This document shows, piece after piece, positions 22,601-37,600 of a stretch of DNA of 64,000 nt; the stretch's first letter is position 1; each line of letters starts with the position of its first letter. Both the position numbers and the translations under genes were made by a program. A model generated the notes under the pieces. It was not told where the DNA came from. It searched no databases and saw only the letters and a list, made by a program, of their open reading frames with translations. The stretch spans positions 2,944,379 to 3,008,378 of the forward strand of contig NC_057751.1 in assembly GCF_004010195.1 (NCBI RefSeq), given 5' to 3'. The DNA comes from Chiloscyllium plagiosum (taxonomy: Eukaryota).

Positions 22601-25600
22601 ATCTCCTGGCCCAGGAGCTGAAACCATCAGCTCTTGTCCCTGACCGTGTTGTCACCTTTATCTCTGTGTGAAGATCAGGGAAGCTGATTAAATTTGCTGC
22701 AATATCCTTTACAAAACCAGTTTCCTCATTTGCTGAACTTGTGCACTTTGACCACAATTGATTCTCTGTCTCTCTGAAATACAAGAACGCTGGATGATCC
22801 AGGCATCAGCCTCGAACTGAGGAAGCAATTCAGGCATCATCTTCTCAACTGATTCCTGTGGAGTTTGGTTTAAGTTTTTGCCTCCTGAAGGCAATTTAAA
22901 AGCTGACCCATTGGTGGAAATACTAAATTTGCAAATTAACTGCTATTGGCTTTTAGCCATCTGTTTCTGAATGTAAAACTTCACTCCTCCCCAAACGTTG
23001 AGTAACGAACCCCTGACATAAGTGATGTGACTTGATTTTATCAAGTCTCAACATTTCTTTGAAAGGCTGTCTCAGAGTTTGCTGTTTTCAAATCACTTTC
23101 TGACCCTTTTAGAAAGAGAGCCTGTCAGTTCACCCAACTGAAAATGTAAACCCTTTATTCTTCAGCTTAATCCAAGCTCCCAAATTAACCTCCACACATT
23201 TTAAGATCAAGTCACAATTAATTTGTTTCTCCTGCTGTATTTGATCTTTGCAGATTTGTACTGGAACCTGTAGCTTACTGTTTAGTGCTGGTGTGGTTCG
23301 GTAGAAAGCAGTAATACCTTTTTGTCTTTAAGACAAAAGAATTGTTTGTCCCTGAAATTAGCCTGCAGTGAAAGCCGCTTGTTTCGTAGCTTCTATTGTC
23401 TGAATTTAGAAATCTAGCTTTTGCCTATAGAGGTGCTTGTTGGTGAGCTGTTGTGATGGGAATGCAGAGGAAGTTGGTTTTAATTTGTTCATGTTCAGCT
23501 TTCCCTCGGAAGGAGTAGTTCACTGAGGCACATGTGGTGAAGATGTTTGGAATTGAATCATTGCACTTGACAGCACTAGGCCATTTGGCCCATCGCATTG
23601 CTACTGGATCCTTAAAAAAGAAAGAGGCCAAAACTCGAATGCTGTTGACTCTATAGGGGACTTTCCTAAACAGTGCTGTGACCAAGGAAGTGTCTTCCTC
23701 ATGTTGTGGAGGGAACATGTAATGTAACCAGGCCAGACCGCCTCAGAACATTTTCACAGTCGCCCAGATCCTAATTTTCCCTGCTTGTTTTTGGCAGACT
23801 TTCAGGTGGATATTCCAGGAGTGATGCACTCGCTCATCAAACCACTTGGCTCCCAGAAACACCAATTTATTTACTCCCCGCTAAAGGAAACGTCAACAAA
23901 AGAAAACAGAATTTAGGATAACAACTATATGAAAACCCAAACCAACAAAATATCCCCCCCCCCCCACCACTTGACAAAGAAGCTGATCAGATTTCCTGCA
24001 ACATCCCCACAAACAGAACCCCCGGCAACAAATAAGTTCAAACCCAGGTTTTTGGAGGGGAGAACTCCGAGAGACTGAGAGGATCAGCCAGTGATCATTG
24101 CTGAAGCCTGGTTCCTCTTTATACTGCAGCAGCTTATCCAGGACCCCGACTAAAACTAAACCAAACTCTCAAAATCCCTCCACTGCGAGAACAGGCTACT
24201 CTACTTTCATTGTACGACAGGTTTTTAGTAAGAAAAACCTAATAGCCTTTTTCCTGGTGGTTGCCTTGGGCAGTATCTGTTAGATCCCTATTCCCAGGCA
24301 AATCTGAACATGTGCCTTCTGCAACCCCACTTTGGGAGGGAGGAGGTGGAGATAAGGAGCAGTGTTATAAACATGACAGCCAATCTACACACAGAATGGA
24401 GTTTACAGATGGCTTAGCATTGAGGTGTGTGTCATGTTTGGTTAATTCTGGTGTGTGCCATGGCATGTTTCCCTACAGAAATGTCTCTTTTTTTTTTTTT
24501 TTGAAAATAAAACACAAATCCCTGCCTGTTCCCTGAACATGGAGCTGCATTGGAACTCGGTGATATCTCAAACTGAGCTGCAGCCCTCCTGTGAGGGAGA
24601 ACCAGTGCATTGCACCTTCCCAAATAAGCAAGGTGTGCCAGCTTGAGTGAATGGGAACTGCTGCTCACTTCTCTGTGCCACCTTGGCTGACCAGTCTGTG
24701 CTAGAACAGGAGTGCCATCTGGGTTGAGTGTTTGACCATTCACAGCTTCCAGCTATGCTTGTTAATGCCAACACCTAGTCCTCCACCAGCTTTGTTGCGT
24801 TGAGCTAACCTGGGAGAGGTTTTAATTTTCAATGCTGTTGTTCATCAGTTTAGTCATGATGCGTTCCCTCATTCTGAAAGAGGAACAAAGTAGAAACTCT
24901 CTGATTAAAACTCAGGCCTGTGTGAGCTATGCCCATTGTTCCTGCAGTGAGACAGAGTGTCAACCAAGTGACACAGAATCGCCAGTCTCTGAACCCTGGC
25001 AACTGGCCACGGGGTAAACGCCAGGCGAACATTGATCTGTTCAAGCCAGCTGATGTGTATTTTGAAGTTATTAACACAGGCTGCCTTTGCTGTTTCTCTG
25101 GGGTGGTTGTGGGGTGGGCCAACCACATTGTGGGTTCACCCTGACTATTTTTATCATGACTGGTTTCAGCATTACATTGCTCTGGTTACCATCGGGAACT
25201 CCCTACAGTTAGAGTACTGAGAGGTTCTGGTATTCACTGGAACAGAGATAGGACCTTGATTCATCCACCCTCGACACTGCACTGACAGTCAGTCAGATTG
25301 CTGGCAGTGCCATCTCATGTCACTGTTGGCACCGGAGCCACCGTTTCACTTGGGCCGGGGAGATCAGAGAACTGGGTCTGTGTAAGTTATAATGTGAGTC
25401 AGGGTCTAGTATGGGTGAAGGGTTCGTGCAGTGGACTGGCCAGTCAAAGGACAAATGGGACCTTTGGAGTAAGCTACCTGCAGTGGCAGGAATTTCAATG
25501 CATTCTTTTTCCCAGGTAAAGGAATTGGACAGGATAGTTCCACATGGGCCCAGAGTAGCTGATTGGGATGAATTAGATAGCTTTTCAATGTTTTGATTTC

Positions 25601-28600
25601 TTTTGGGGAGCATCATTTTTTTTTTTCCCCCCCCTTCATGGAGTCATTTTTGACATGGGAGACCTGGTGTTCGTATCATTACTGGTAATTCCCTGATTTG
25701 GAGACTATATTTCTGGTGATTCCCAACCCATGTTTTGTGAAATTGTACCCATGTTCTTGCTTGCCTGGAATCCCTACAATATAGAAATAGGCCCTTTGGC
25801 CCACCAAGTCCACACTGACCCTCTGACGAGTAAACCACCCAGACCCACCCCCTACCCTATTATCCTATATTTGCCCCTGACTAATATATCTAACCTACAC
25901 ATCCCTAAACACCGTGGGCAATTTAGCACACCCAATTCACCTGACTTGCACATCTTTGGATTGTGGGAGGAAACCCACACAGACATGGGGACACTGTCAA
26001 TTCTACACACAATTGCCTGAGGCTGGAATTGAACCTGGGACCCTGGTGCCGTGAGGCAGCAATGCGAACCATTGATCCACTGTGCTGCCCCACGCCTGTA
26101 TTAACAATGGCTGATCTCCGTGACCTGGCTCTGAAAAGAGGTTTGGCAAATTTGTATTTTGTTTTGCCTACGTGCAGTTTGTTGAGACAAGTAGTGCACT
26201 GGTATTGAGTCAGTGGAATGTAACAGAGGAGACAAGACAGCGCAGGGAACAGCAGTGTGACCCTCCTTGTCAGGTTAGGTTCCTAAACAATGGGAGTTGG
26301 CCAGCAGTGATTGGCCCACTTGCATCCATTGGCATTGGGTGTCAAAGTGAGCCGGTTATGGATGGGAGTCCCACTCTGAGCATATCACCAAGGCTAACAA
26401 TAGTGCCCCAGCATTGCAGGAGTGCTGCACTGTCAGGGGGACCATCCTGAAGCTGAGCAACTACCTCCATCCTCTAGTACAGGAGGGAGAAAGCTGCAGG
26501 ACTCACCTTTTTAAGAAGCACTGCCATTTCTTTCAGCAGGAGCTTCCTCTGAAAGGTCCTGATGCCTTTTGTTGGTGACTGACTGACTGTACTCTGCCAT
26601 GGTGTGACAGACTGCTGGACAAGAATTGACCTTTGTTTTGATGGTCAATAGCGGTGTTTACAACTGCACATATGCTTGGTTGTGAGATATCTTGATGCCT
26701 GTGTGTGTGTTCCTCTCTCTCTTTTTGCTTCCTCTGTGTGTTTGTGGACACAGCAGCAGAAGGCTGCTCTCTCTGGCTGAGTTTAGTTTGATATTTTGAA
26801 CCTAGAGCTGCTGTCCTGAGGGGTAATGAAATGCCAGTTCCTTGTCACCAGCAGCCCACCCTGTAGTGTTCAGCAGCGTCATTTCTGCTTCACTCCTATC
26901 TTAGCACTGAGCAGCGGAGTTGAACCGGAACCCTCCCCCCTCTCCGTCTTGTCGTCATCTTCCCCAGAGAATGACACCAACCTCCCATGCTCTGGTGAAA
27001 TCCGGATCTGCGTTTCTATTCCATCTTTAGTTCCGTGTTCCCAACAGTGTCTCTGTGTCTGTTTACCCAGCCAAGGCTTGTGTCTGTGAACTCCTTCATT
27101 CATAATCATGTCTTCAGCTTTGTTCCTTGGTTGGGTGTGTTCTCTGACATTGCCAGGTTCCTGCTGGGTAATCACCCCCAAGTCTCACATGGCACCTTGG
27201 CACAAGCTAATTCATCTATGCTCTCAGCCATGCTGGTCGGAAGGGGAGGGGAAAGCAGTCAGGGACGTGTAGTTTGAGTCCCACACCATCCTACACCTGC
27301 TGTCCTGTCAGCACGCACCGAGTTTTCAAGATGGACTTGTCACATTGAGACGCTCACGTGATGTTAGAAATTGGAGTCTTGAGACCCCTTGACCAGTCAC
27401 ACGCCATGCAGACAAGAGGAAGCAGGTAGCCTTTTTCAAATAAATGAGTGAAGAACTGACTCTGTGGCAATGGTGACAGCTATTTTTTTTCTTAACAGGT
27501 TGGACATCGTGGCACTGTTCGAGAGTACCCTGGATTCAATTCCCAGGAGGATGCAGCCAAACTGAGAAAGGCGATGAAGGGGCTCGGTTTGTATCTCAAC
27601 CAATCCTTTTTACTTAACAAAGGTGTCATTCTCAGGGTGTCACAGAGCTCTGTGATGTGGGGGGGATGTTATTCTCCCACCTTAGTGACAGTTCACTTCC
27701 ACCCCTCTGTCGCAATGCATGATGGAAACCAGACGTTTTGTAGTGATTTGGGACTAGGTGGACCTCTTTGAGTATAAGGTCATTGATTGGCCCAACTTGA
27801 TAAACCCAATCAGGGAGCCCTGGCTGACCGATATAGGAGATTTAGAGTCTGCTCAGTTCCGGGACTGACGCCAAGCAGGCTGGTCACAGCCAGTGTAGTG
27901 TGCACTGGTAAACAGAGGGTGGCTTACTGACAGGATACCAGCCTGTGTGCAGTTATTTCACTGACCCTTGCTGCAATTTGCTCTCTAGTATTTTCCATCA
28001 GTGTTACAGCACCAGGAGGAGACCATTCAGCCCCTCTCTCCTGTTCTGCCATGTAAAGTCAGTGATTGGTTGATGTTTCACATGCATTCTGAACCCATTA
28101 AACCCTTTTCAAACAAACCATTGGTTAGCGGGTTTGAGAACACTTTGACCATAAGTCACAGGCCATTCAGCCCATTGAGTCATCTCCACTATTGCCCAGC
28201 ACAGCAGCATGTTGGGTTAGCAGAGGATTTTGGATTAAGTGCTTCCTTTCATCCCCCACCTCCCTGCATTCCAACCGGCCTCCTATTTTGAAGGTTCTGA
28301 CCAATCCTTTGAGCTCCATGTGACCCCCCTCCTCTTCAGGTTCTGCATGCAGTCTAGTTCCTGCAGCCAGTTAGCTGATCATTCTAGTGACCCTCTGCAT
28401 GGTCACTGAATCATTTCTGCCAAGGTTGTGACCACCTTGGGACAATAAGGAATGATCATTCCGTCTCCTCCCCTGCCAACACGAGGTCCATCTCTTCCTC
28501 TAAAGGAGGCAGGCAGGCAGACTTGTCAGAGCATATTGAATCGTGTTAGTCTGCCTGAAGGTTCCGTGTCCACAACTTCCTGTGTGGCTGCTAACACTCA

Positions 28601-31600
28601 GTCACTTGTGACAAGGCAGACAGTGTTCCTTTCTCACTCTGACAGATAACCTTCAGATGGCCTTGAACGTCACCTCAAACTTCCTCCCCCCACCCGACAG
28701 CCCTCACTAACAACCACCACACATATCTGCAAACCATGACACTTTCAAAATGCATGTTGTAGGTCCACATTAATAAAAAAAAATTATGAATTTACAATGA
28801 GTCATTTTCTCACATGGCAAAGGGGAACACGTTGTGGTGGTTCAGCCCTGGAAGAAATGCAGATTGGAATGTGGCTCCCTGTTGGAATAATGTGTCCCAG
28901 CCTCCGGGACTGAATGTTTGTGTACTTTGCACACACGATGATGAGTAATCCTTCTGAGTGGTTCTGATTACATCGCATTCGTTATATCGTTTCTGGTTTG
29001 CACTTTCAGAATGTTCATGGACCAATTTGTAAGCCTGTCGCCCAAACTGAACGAGCAGCGTGGGGAAGACATGGGGAATAACTATCTGGCTGTGTGTGTG
29101 TGTGGGACCCAAATTGCAAGGGACCCATATTTTTGAGTCCTACTGCAGAAACCATTTGATGTCACTTCATGAGCAGCTGTTTGTGTTCTCAACCGCTGTG
29201 AGGTGCTAACAGAGTGGCTTGATAGCCTCTTGCTCTGTTGTAATATGTTTGGTGTGAAGGTCACATTCCTTGGTCTGATGACAGTATGCAAGCTTCCCAC
29301 TAACGTGGATCTTCCACGGCCAAACATGCAATATTTCATCTGCAAGTTTAAAAATCACAGCACCAGGTTATAGTCCAACAGGTTTATTTGGCAGCACTAG
29401 CTTTCAGAGCACTGCTCCTTCATCAGAAGGTTGTACCATCAGCGTCGCTCCGAAAGCGAGCGCTTCCAAATAAATCTGTTGGACTATAACCTGGTGTTGT
29501 GTGATTTTTAACTTTGGACACCCCAGTCCAACACCGGCACCTCCAAAAAGTTGAAGATGACACATTTGAGAGCAGGTAATGACCAGCTGGTTTTGAAACT
29601 GTTCTGTTGCTGTGTAGGTACTGATGAGGATGCCATCATTGAGGTCCTGACCAGAAGAACTATTGCCCAGAGGCAGCAGATCAAAGCAGACTTCAAGACT
29701 GCTTTTGGCAGGGTATGGTTTTTTGACTGCAGCTTTGTGAATTCCATGAGAAATGTATGACTGGGTGATGTACACGACAATCCTCTTCATCTGCTGCGGG
29801 TCTCCAGCTAATTACCTGGGGTTGCCACACCATCTGACTGGCTTCAATGTGTTTCAGACTTGGTGGAGCTCTTAGTTATACAAAGGAAATATCTCCATTC
29901 ATAGGCTTGCTTCCAGTGTGAGGTCTCCATTAATCCTTTCTTGCAGGCCAAAGCTACATTGATGATAAAGTCAACACAACAGGCCCATTAGTGCTATTGT
30001 CTATCCTGGGAGATTGGGGACTGTTGGTTTGTCTGCTGACCTGAAGGTTATGCACTGGAGTAGCTGTTGTAGTTTTCTCCCTCTCTCCTATCCCATCGAA
30101 TCCTGTTCACATCCAGTTGAATCCTTGGGCACTTAACAGAAGTATCCCACTGTCCACAGAGCATTTGGACAGAGCTGGGAGATGCCCGTGTGTAACACTT
30201 GCTCCTGTCAAATGCAGAGGAAGTTGTGTTTTAGTCTGTCCTTCACTTCGTAAGGTCAGCTCACTGAGGTTTCAGAGAATCCCCAAGAAACGGAACTGAA
30301 ACTCTGAATTTGAAACATTCTGCAGTCCTAGATGGCTATAGTGGAGAGAGAACCAAATGAGGATGTCTGCAAGGAATGACCTGTTAGAGTAATTAAAGCA
30401 ATGTGGTTAACCACCAGCTCCTGAACTCCTTCACGTACACAGAACCTGTGCATGGTGTTCACACAATCCTCATTGTAACCCCCAACATTTGACCTTTTGT
30501 TACCTTGGCTCTTCCCCCTCATTGTTTTATTATTTTTCCCCCCCCACTTTTAGCTGATACTGGAGTCCATGTGACCATTCACTTCCTGCTGTCTGTGTAC
30601 AGTGTGTTGTGACCAAGTGCAGTCTGTCTCCTTTCACTGATCCTCCCCACTGGATACAGGCCAATCTTCCCATTTCCCACCATTGCATGCTCCCTTTTCA
30701 ATGAACAGCAACCTGTTACTGTTTTGTGTTGTTTTGAACAAAGGGGAATTGTCCCTGGGCTCACGTGCGGGAAGCTGACTTGTTTGTTCATTGCTGTCAG
30801 TTAACAGCCAAGTCCAATGTTTTAATTTTGACATTCTCATCACTTTATTTTTGGGCATGTCAAATGTCTCTGCCTTTTGGCCTGCAGAGTCTGTTTGTTT
30901 GTGCACAACAAGATCAGTTCCTCAGCCCTTGTCACCCCTCATCAGCGCGCTCTCCCTCGCGAACAAGTCCATTTGGCCCATCTAGTCTATGCTGTGAAAA
31001 GTCAACCACCTCTCTAGTCAAAACCCATTTCCCAGAACTCGGTCCATTGCTTTGTCTGCCTTTGGCATTGAGTGTCGATCTCAATCCTTCCCCACTCTGA
31101 GGGTTTCTGTCTCTCCCACCCTGACAGGAAGTGAGCTCCAGGTTTCCACCACCCCTATGGGTGAATGCGGTTTTTCCTCCCATTCCTGGAAAATGACAGG
31201 TTGTGACCTAACTTGGTGGCCCTCTTGCTGATTTTGTATTTAGGCATGACGCTGCCTTGTTTTGATGGCTGCTGATATGGACTTCCGCCAAAAGTGGAAA
31301 GACTTCCTTCTCTAAGTCGACCCTATCAAACCCCCACCCTCCACAGTTTTTAAATGTGTCCAAGTCATCCCTCAGCCTGGTGACTCAGATTGCCAGCCTG
31401 CTCCATCTCTCCTACTCTACATTCTAGTTTGTGCATCACATCTCTTTACCGAAGGCAGTGTGAACTGCAGCTGAGTGATGAGGCAGTATCACCGTGGAGC
31501 CTCTGGATGAGAGACCCTGTACAGCCATTCAGTGTGTCTGTAATTGGGTAGGGTGCGTTTGAGAGATTCTGAACAAGTATCAGAAATAGGAGCTTTGCTC

Positions 31601-34600
31601 CACAAGAGAGACAGAAGGAGAAGCACACACAAAGGAGTGATTCTGATCTCTCTCGGAGATCATAGAGTTCATCATCTCCATGTGCTTTTGGTAATTGCTT
31701 ACCAGTAGCTTTCCATTTATGTCCACAAGTCAATATTGACAGCGCTCTTTTTTTTTGCCCCTCTTTTCGGCTGTTCAGAATGAGCGTCAAGAGGTTTTGA
31801 CGATATTTACAGTAGTCTAACTGACATGCAAACATTCAGAAGCAGTGTTTTGTAGTTAGGACCCTTACACACACACCCTATGTTGTCACTCTCACAAGGA
31901 TACAAAAGGAAATCAATGAGGTGTTATAGGAGCTGAGGGAGCTTCATGTCAACGCCATTTGCTGGAGTCAGATTTGCAGCATTCTGACTGTGTTGGAGAA
32001 AACTAACTGAGGAACTCCCCTGTGTTGATTTTGATCCTTCTCATTCCATCCCTTCACATCACTTTGTCGTGGTGCCCATATTTGGGAGCACTGTCTTTGT
32101 TCAGGATTGTGTGTGTGCGCGCGTGTGTCTTCAGCACTCGTGGACCACTCTGGAACATGGTGTCCAATTTTTCTGTTTAATTTCTATCTTGCTGCAGGAC
32201 CTGATCAGCGACCTGAAGTCAGAAATATCTGGCAATTTTGAGCAGGTTGTGCTTGGCTTGATGATGACACCTGTCATGTACGATGTGCACGAATTAAAAA
32301 AGGCCATCAAGGTATGTGACCTGGTGTGAACATTCAGTAAATATTTAAACATTGTGGGAGGCACATTGTGTGGGTGGGTGCCTGCAGACAAAGGGCATAT
32401 TATTCCCAGTGGGCTCTGACATTTCTGTTGAGATGTCTATAATTCCTATCCAGGCAGTGGAGCTTATCAGGCCGCCATTGAGGCTTGCCAGTATGTTAAT
32501 GTTTACCAGAATCAGTAGTACATAAGCGTTGGGAAAGTAGATTTGTATCTCTTTCTTGGGGTGTGCCTGAAGAGTTGATTCTCCATGTGATGTGGAGACA
32601 GTAGGAGATGGAATTTTGCTTCTGATCACCCTGCGTTTGCTCTTTTTTTTTTTTAAATGGTCAATTTGGAGGGACGGAAGCGTTCTAAGAAATTTAATAC
32701 CATTCTTCGAGGGGTTCAATAAAAAGCCAAATCCATCCCTCCTTGGTGTGATATCTAAAGTCTTTGCTGTATCAAACATGGCTGCCATGTTTTCTGACTG
32801 AGCAGCTGGGATTGATTAATTATTGATCTGTCCAAATCTTCAAAGGTGAGATGAAGTACCCACGATAGGGTAGGGATGGCCCTGTTTTCAAAATTAATCA
32901 AAGCCAGATCTTTCTCCAGTCAAATTTCTGAACTTGTTCAGTATGGAAGTTCCCCTTCCACAAATGGAAACACCTTGGGTTGAAATCTCTGCTTTCTGTA
33001 TTTCTCTTCATCCAAGATATTCACTCTGATGGTGGGCAGCTGCAGGTACTCGGGCCACTGATCAACATTACTCTTGGTGAATAGTAGGACAGTCTGAAGG
33101 GGCTGAATGGCCACTTCCTTTGCTTCTCTTCAGTATGGTTGCTGCTAGTTGTACCAGATCAGACTGAACAGTTTGAGAACCCGACCCCAACAATCAGGGT
33201 CAGGAAAACTGAAGACCCATCTTGTCGGGACAGCTGTGAGACGATGGTATCTCGGTGACATTTTCCCCCCTCCCCCACCCACCATTCGCCCTTCCTTCTC
33301 AGAAGTTGAAGGCCAGCTGATAACTTTCAGACCATCAACTGCCTTCCCTGGGGGTGGTTTACTTCCTGAAGTTTGAGGAGTGCCTTTGCTGTTCAAGATT
33401 GAATAAATTGTTCCTTCTGAGATCCAAGCGTGTTTATCTTGGCCAAAAACCTGTAGTGTGCTTGAAGACTTGTTGGAAAAGTGATTTGAGTTTCTTGGCA
33501 TGGCTGCTGTTGAGTCATGTTTGTGCTGTGGGTGATGCTTACTTCCCCCAGTGGGAGCTAGTGCAGCCTCTGGTTAAAGATTGCTAGCATGTGGTACATT
33601 ACCCTTCCGTTCAGGGCCCTAGACACAAAACAGTCCAATTGATATTTGAAGTTACAATCAGTTGATTGTTAAATAAGAAATGTGGTCTTGCAAGGTTGGA
33701 TCCAACAGGGTTGACTCAACTATTCATCGCCTGTCCTCTAGGTTCAGATGTTGCACTGAATCTTGTTTCTCTCTGGCTGAGGAGTCTTTGATCTGAGTGC
33801 ATGACCAGAAATGGTACATTATCCTACATCACTATTGGGTTCCCTGTCCACACACTCAGCTGGTGGGTTTTCTGCGTGAGAGTTAGCACAGAAACCAGCT
33901 CATTCATCATGCCTGCTCTCGGTTCGAATTTAACCTCCACACCAAATCCAAGCTGTCTCCTGTCCTATTGTCCTGTGAAGCACTGTTGGGAATCATGAAC
34001 CCTGAAAGTCAACTCTGTGAACACACTGTCCTTTCTGAACCGAGCCAAGGCTCCTTCCAACACTGCACCAAAAGAGCAATCCATGAATTCAGTCTGTGCC
34101 ATCATTGTTTGTTGGGTTAAATTGGCTGTTTCACTTAGTGAAGGACCAATCACTGTTCCAGGAGTGATTAATTATACACTGGACTTTGAAACCTAACCCT
34201 GTGTCTCTCTCAGCCATGTTACAGTTGCACTGTTTGAATGGAATCCTTTCCTTTTGTCATGTTATGCTTGCTTTTTAATCTCAGCCTGGGATACCTGCTG
34301 TGATACAGAAGCTGCAAAGGCTATATTCAATTTGAATTGATTCTGAGTGTCTTGGAGTGTCTTCAGGGCTCTTTCTACCTTCCGTCTTGAACTGAACAGT
34401 AAATCCATCATCAGTACAGTTACGTTTCTGAGATCTGAAAGCAAGCTAGGACTAACTAATGCTGTTTTGTCCCTAGGGTGCTGGGACTGATGAAGGCTGC
34501 TTAATTGAAATTCTGGCTTCACGGAACAACGCCGAAATCCGGCAAATCGTGACTGCTTACAAGAAAGGTAAAGTCCTCGTCTTATTCCTCAAGAATGAAA

Positions 34601-37600
34601 CAGCTGTATAGTGTGTGAGAAATATTTCTGTCCTCTTGCCCCCTTCCAAACTTCAGATGAGTTGCCAAATATGTGAACAGTGAGATGCTGTGAAGCGGTC
34701 GAGTGATGCTGATGTATCCGCAACATGTCATCTTTTTGAAGAATTCTTGCACTGAGAATGTAACCAGACTTTAATACACTGTGGGCTATGACCAAGAGCT
34801 TAGTCAGACCTTTACCAGGGAGAGTGAGTAGTGCAGTCAGAGAGGTTTGCCAGAGGAGGTGGGGCAAGGCTGGTACAATTCCAGCATTAGCAAGGCATCT
34901 GGATGGGTATATGAGCAGGAGGAGTTTTGAGGGGTATGGGCCAACTGCTGGCAAATGCTGGGGGGGAAGCGTAAGGTCAGATTGGGATATCTAGTTGGTG
35001 TGGATGAGTTGGACCAAAGGATCTGTTTCTGTGTCATATGACGCTATGAATAGGAGGGCTTTGGGTTGTCGTCATAGATACATTATTTCAATGAATATAA
35101 TTTTGTGAAATTGCAATGTTATAATGGCTGGAGACATGCTGCGTGATGATTTTCTTTTATTTTTTAAAAAAGAAAAGATAGCCAGGTCAGAGAATCTGAG
35201 TGGAACAGTGACGAAATTCAGTTTTTTTGGGGGGGGAAGTAGGTGACTGTGGACTCTGTGGTGTCAATGGGAAGTTGATAATCCTGTTTATGATTGAGTG
35301 AATGTCTAAGGCCATTCACTTCCTTTGTACCTGATGGAAACAAATGTCCTGGTTTATGAGTTAGTTCAGAGGATACCACTGTTGGCCTTCAAAGCCAGTT
35401 TAGCTTATCCTGTGGAAACAATTGAAGAACCAGTCACCTCTTGCAGAAGGGATTCATTGATGCAGCTTTCCAGTCGCAAGAGTTGTTGTAGAAAGCTTCA
35501 AGTTTTTGGAACATGGAGGTTGATGACTGGTTCACATCTGCTTGGCAAAGGATTCATTGTGTGATTATCTTCGTCCATAACAAGGAAGCTGTGAGCAGTG
35601 AGGTGGAACTTGAAGAGTTGAGAGAGTGGGTCAATTCTTTCTGCTCTTAAATCATGGCAACCAGTGGTTTTGTGCTTTTGCTGTGACTGTTTTGAATCTG
35701 GAGAACTGTCTGCTGTATTTAAACTTGATTTGTGAAACAAGCTTCTGTTCAAGAAAATCCAAGCTCTTGTAGAAATGTCACTCAATGACTGATGACCATG
35801 TTAGCTCACTGAAGAAAATCAACCAAACACCTGCTCTGTCAAACAGATTCCATCCTGGGATGGGAGTTATTGAGTTGTGCCATCGTTGAGTTAGGACCGG
35901 GTCTGGGTGAGTGAGGATGAGATGTTGGATTGGAAGATGACCAAAATAGCTCTGGGTTGTAAATTGCAGGATGTGAGAATTTGGGTAAAGCCAGGGCCTT
36001 GCCTCTCTGTCTGCAAATGATGCACTCTGACTAGGTCAGTAACGAATAACCTATTATATACCATCTTCTGGCCGAGATGACGACAGGATTTGAACTCTGG
36101 ATTGATGGTTTTTTTCGATGGCAGCTTCTGAACAGCAGTTGCTTCGTTATTGTTGGCCATCTTTCTTGGACAGGTTGAGTATGCTGGTTGTAGTCTAAGG
36201 GGGGTGGGGGCCTGACATGTTTTCGGTATTTAGTTTGTTTTATCCCTTTGTCCAGCTCCTACTTGAAGTTTTTTTTTTCTTCCCCTTTTGCAGAGTTTGG
36301 CAAGAGTCTTGAAGACGACATCTGTGGGGACACTTCCGCTATGTTCCAAAGAGTGCTGGTGTCCCTGGCAACGGTAAGGAGCAGCCAGCAGAGATCTGCC
36401 TGCCCTTCAGTGAGGCTTCAGAGGTGCTGGATTGGGTAGACCGCGCGCTTTCGCTCACCAACACCAACTTTGTGCTGTGACAAGAAAGCTTCTTCTGTCC
36501 TTGGGATCTGCTTTGACTGAAGCTACAGAAAATCCAGTCGTCATCTTGACAGAAAGAACTGGCCAGTGTTTCCATTGGACGTGAAGCCAGGGTGACCAAG
36601 TGCAGTTTGAACATTGGCAGGGGAGTGAGCAATGTAACATCAGCCCATGTGTAGTGTTGGGGAAGGGCTCCTAAAACCTCATCAGTGATGCGTACAACTC
36701 TGTCTTTTCGGTGCAGTTGTTGTGATGCCTGTTTGTATAAAGAATCTGGAAAGTGATCTGTTTAGTCTGACCCATAAAGTTGTTTGTTTTTTTAATTGGT
36801 TTTGTGGGACTTGGGCGAGGCCATTTGGCCAGCATTGATAACCCATCCCTATTTGCCCCTTGAGAAGGTGGTGGTGAGCTGCCTCCTTGAATTACTGCAG
36901 TCCCCTTGCTGTGGGTTGACCCACAATGCCGGTAGGGAGGGAATCCCAGGATTTTGACCCAACGACTGTGAAGAAACGGCAGTACATTTCCAAGTCAGGT
37001 TGGTGAGTTGGATGGCTTTGTATTTGTGACTGTATCACTGCTGTTCTTCAAAGGCAGGGCCTTGCCTCACTGTCTGCAAATGATGCACTCTGACTAGGTC
37101 AGTAACACTTGACCTGTTGTCTGCCATCCATATTTTCCAGCAAGTTCTTTTTATTGCTCCTAATGACTACAGACGCTAAAGGAAATACTAAAGATTTCTT
37201 CACCTTACACGTATCATATTTTGGTGTTGCTGTTGCGATGTACTGCAAACCTCTGTCCAAGTTTATCTTAATTGTTCCTCTCTCTTGCATCCCAAGTCCC
37301 TTCCATGGGATTATGACTGACTAGTGTTGGGTTAGAACTGCATATTCTTGCCTCTTCACTGCCACCACCCTCTGACGGAGAGAATTCTCAAGCTTGACAA
37401 TCCCCGAGTGAAGTTTCTCTTCCTCACTGTCCAAAGTGATCAACTGTTTTAAGCTGAGCTAAAAGGTGCTCCTGTGTTTTGAAGTTTCCCACCCAGCAGG
37501 AAGGGACCTCTGCTGAGTTTATCAGTGAAACTGCTTGAAAATCTTGTGTCCCAGTGCAATCACCTCTTGGGTTGCAATACTGGAGAGAATCCAGACTCAT

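Larger units (their letters stand above)
35992..37106 (+). repeat. 52-bp direct repeat (35992-36043 and 37055-37106) flanking exon 7
   Basis: cagggccttgcctc(t/a)ctgtctgcaaatgatgcactctgactaggtcagtaac, 51/52 identical. Confidence 0.92.

Noticed and set aside
34487..34513. CTGATGA...GAAA inside exon 6 (and CTGATGA in exon 4) as hammerheads
   Set aside because: Explained by Thr-Asp-Glu codons of GTDE; no convincing stem II
35789..35812. TGATGA...CTGA as an intronic C/D snoRNA
   Set aside because: Boxes only about 13 nt apart, with no terminal stem or guide
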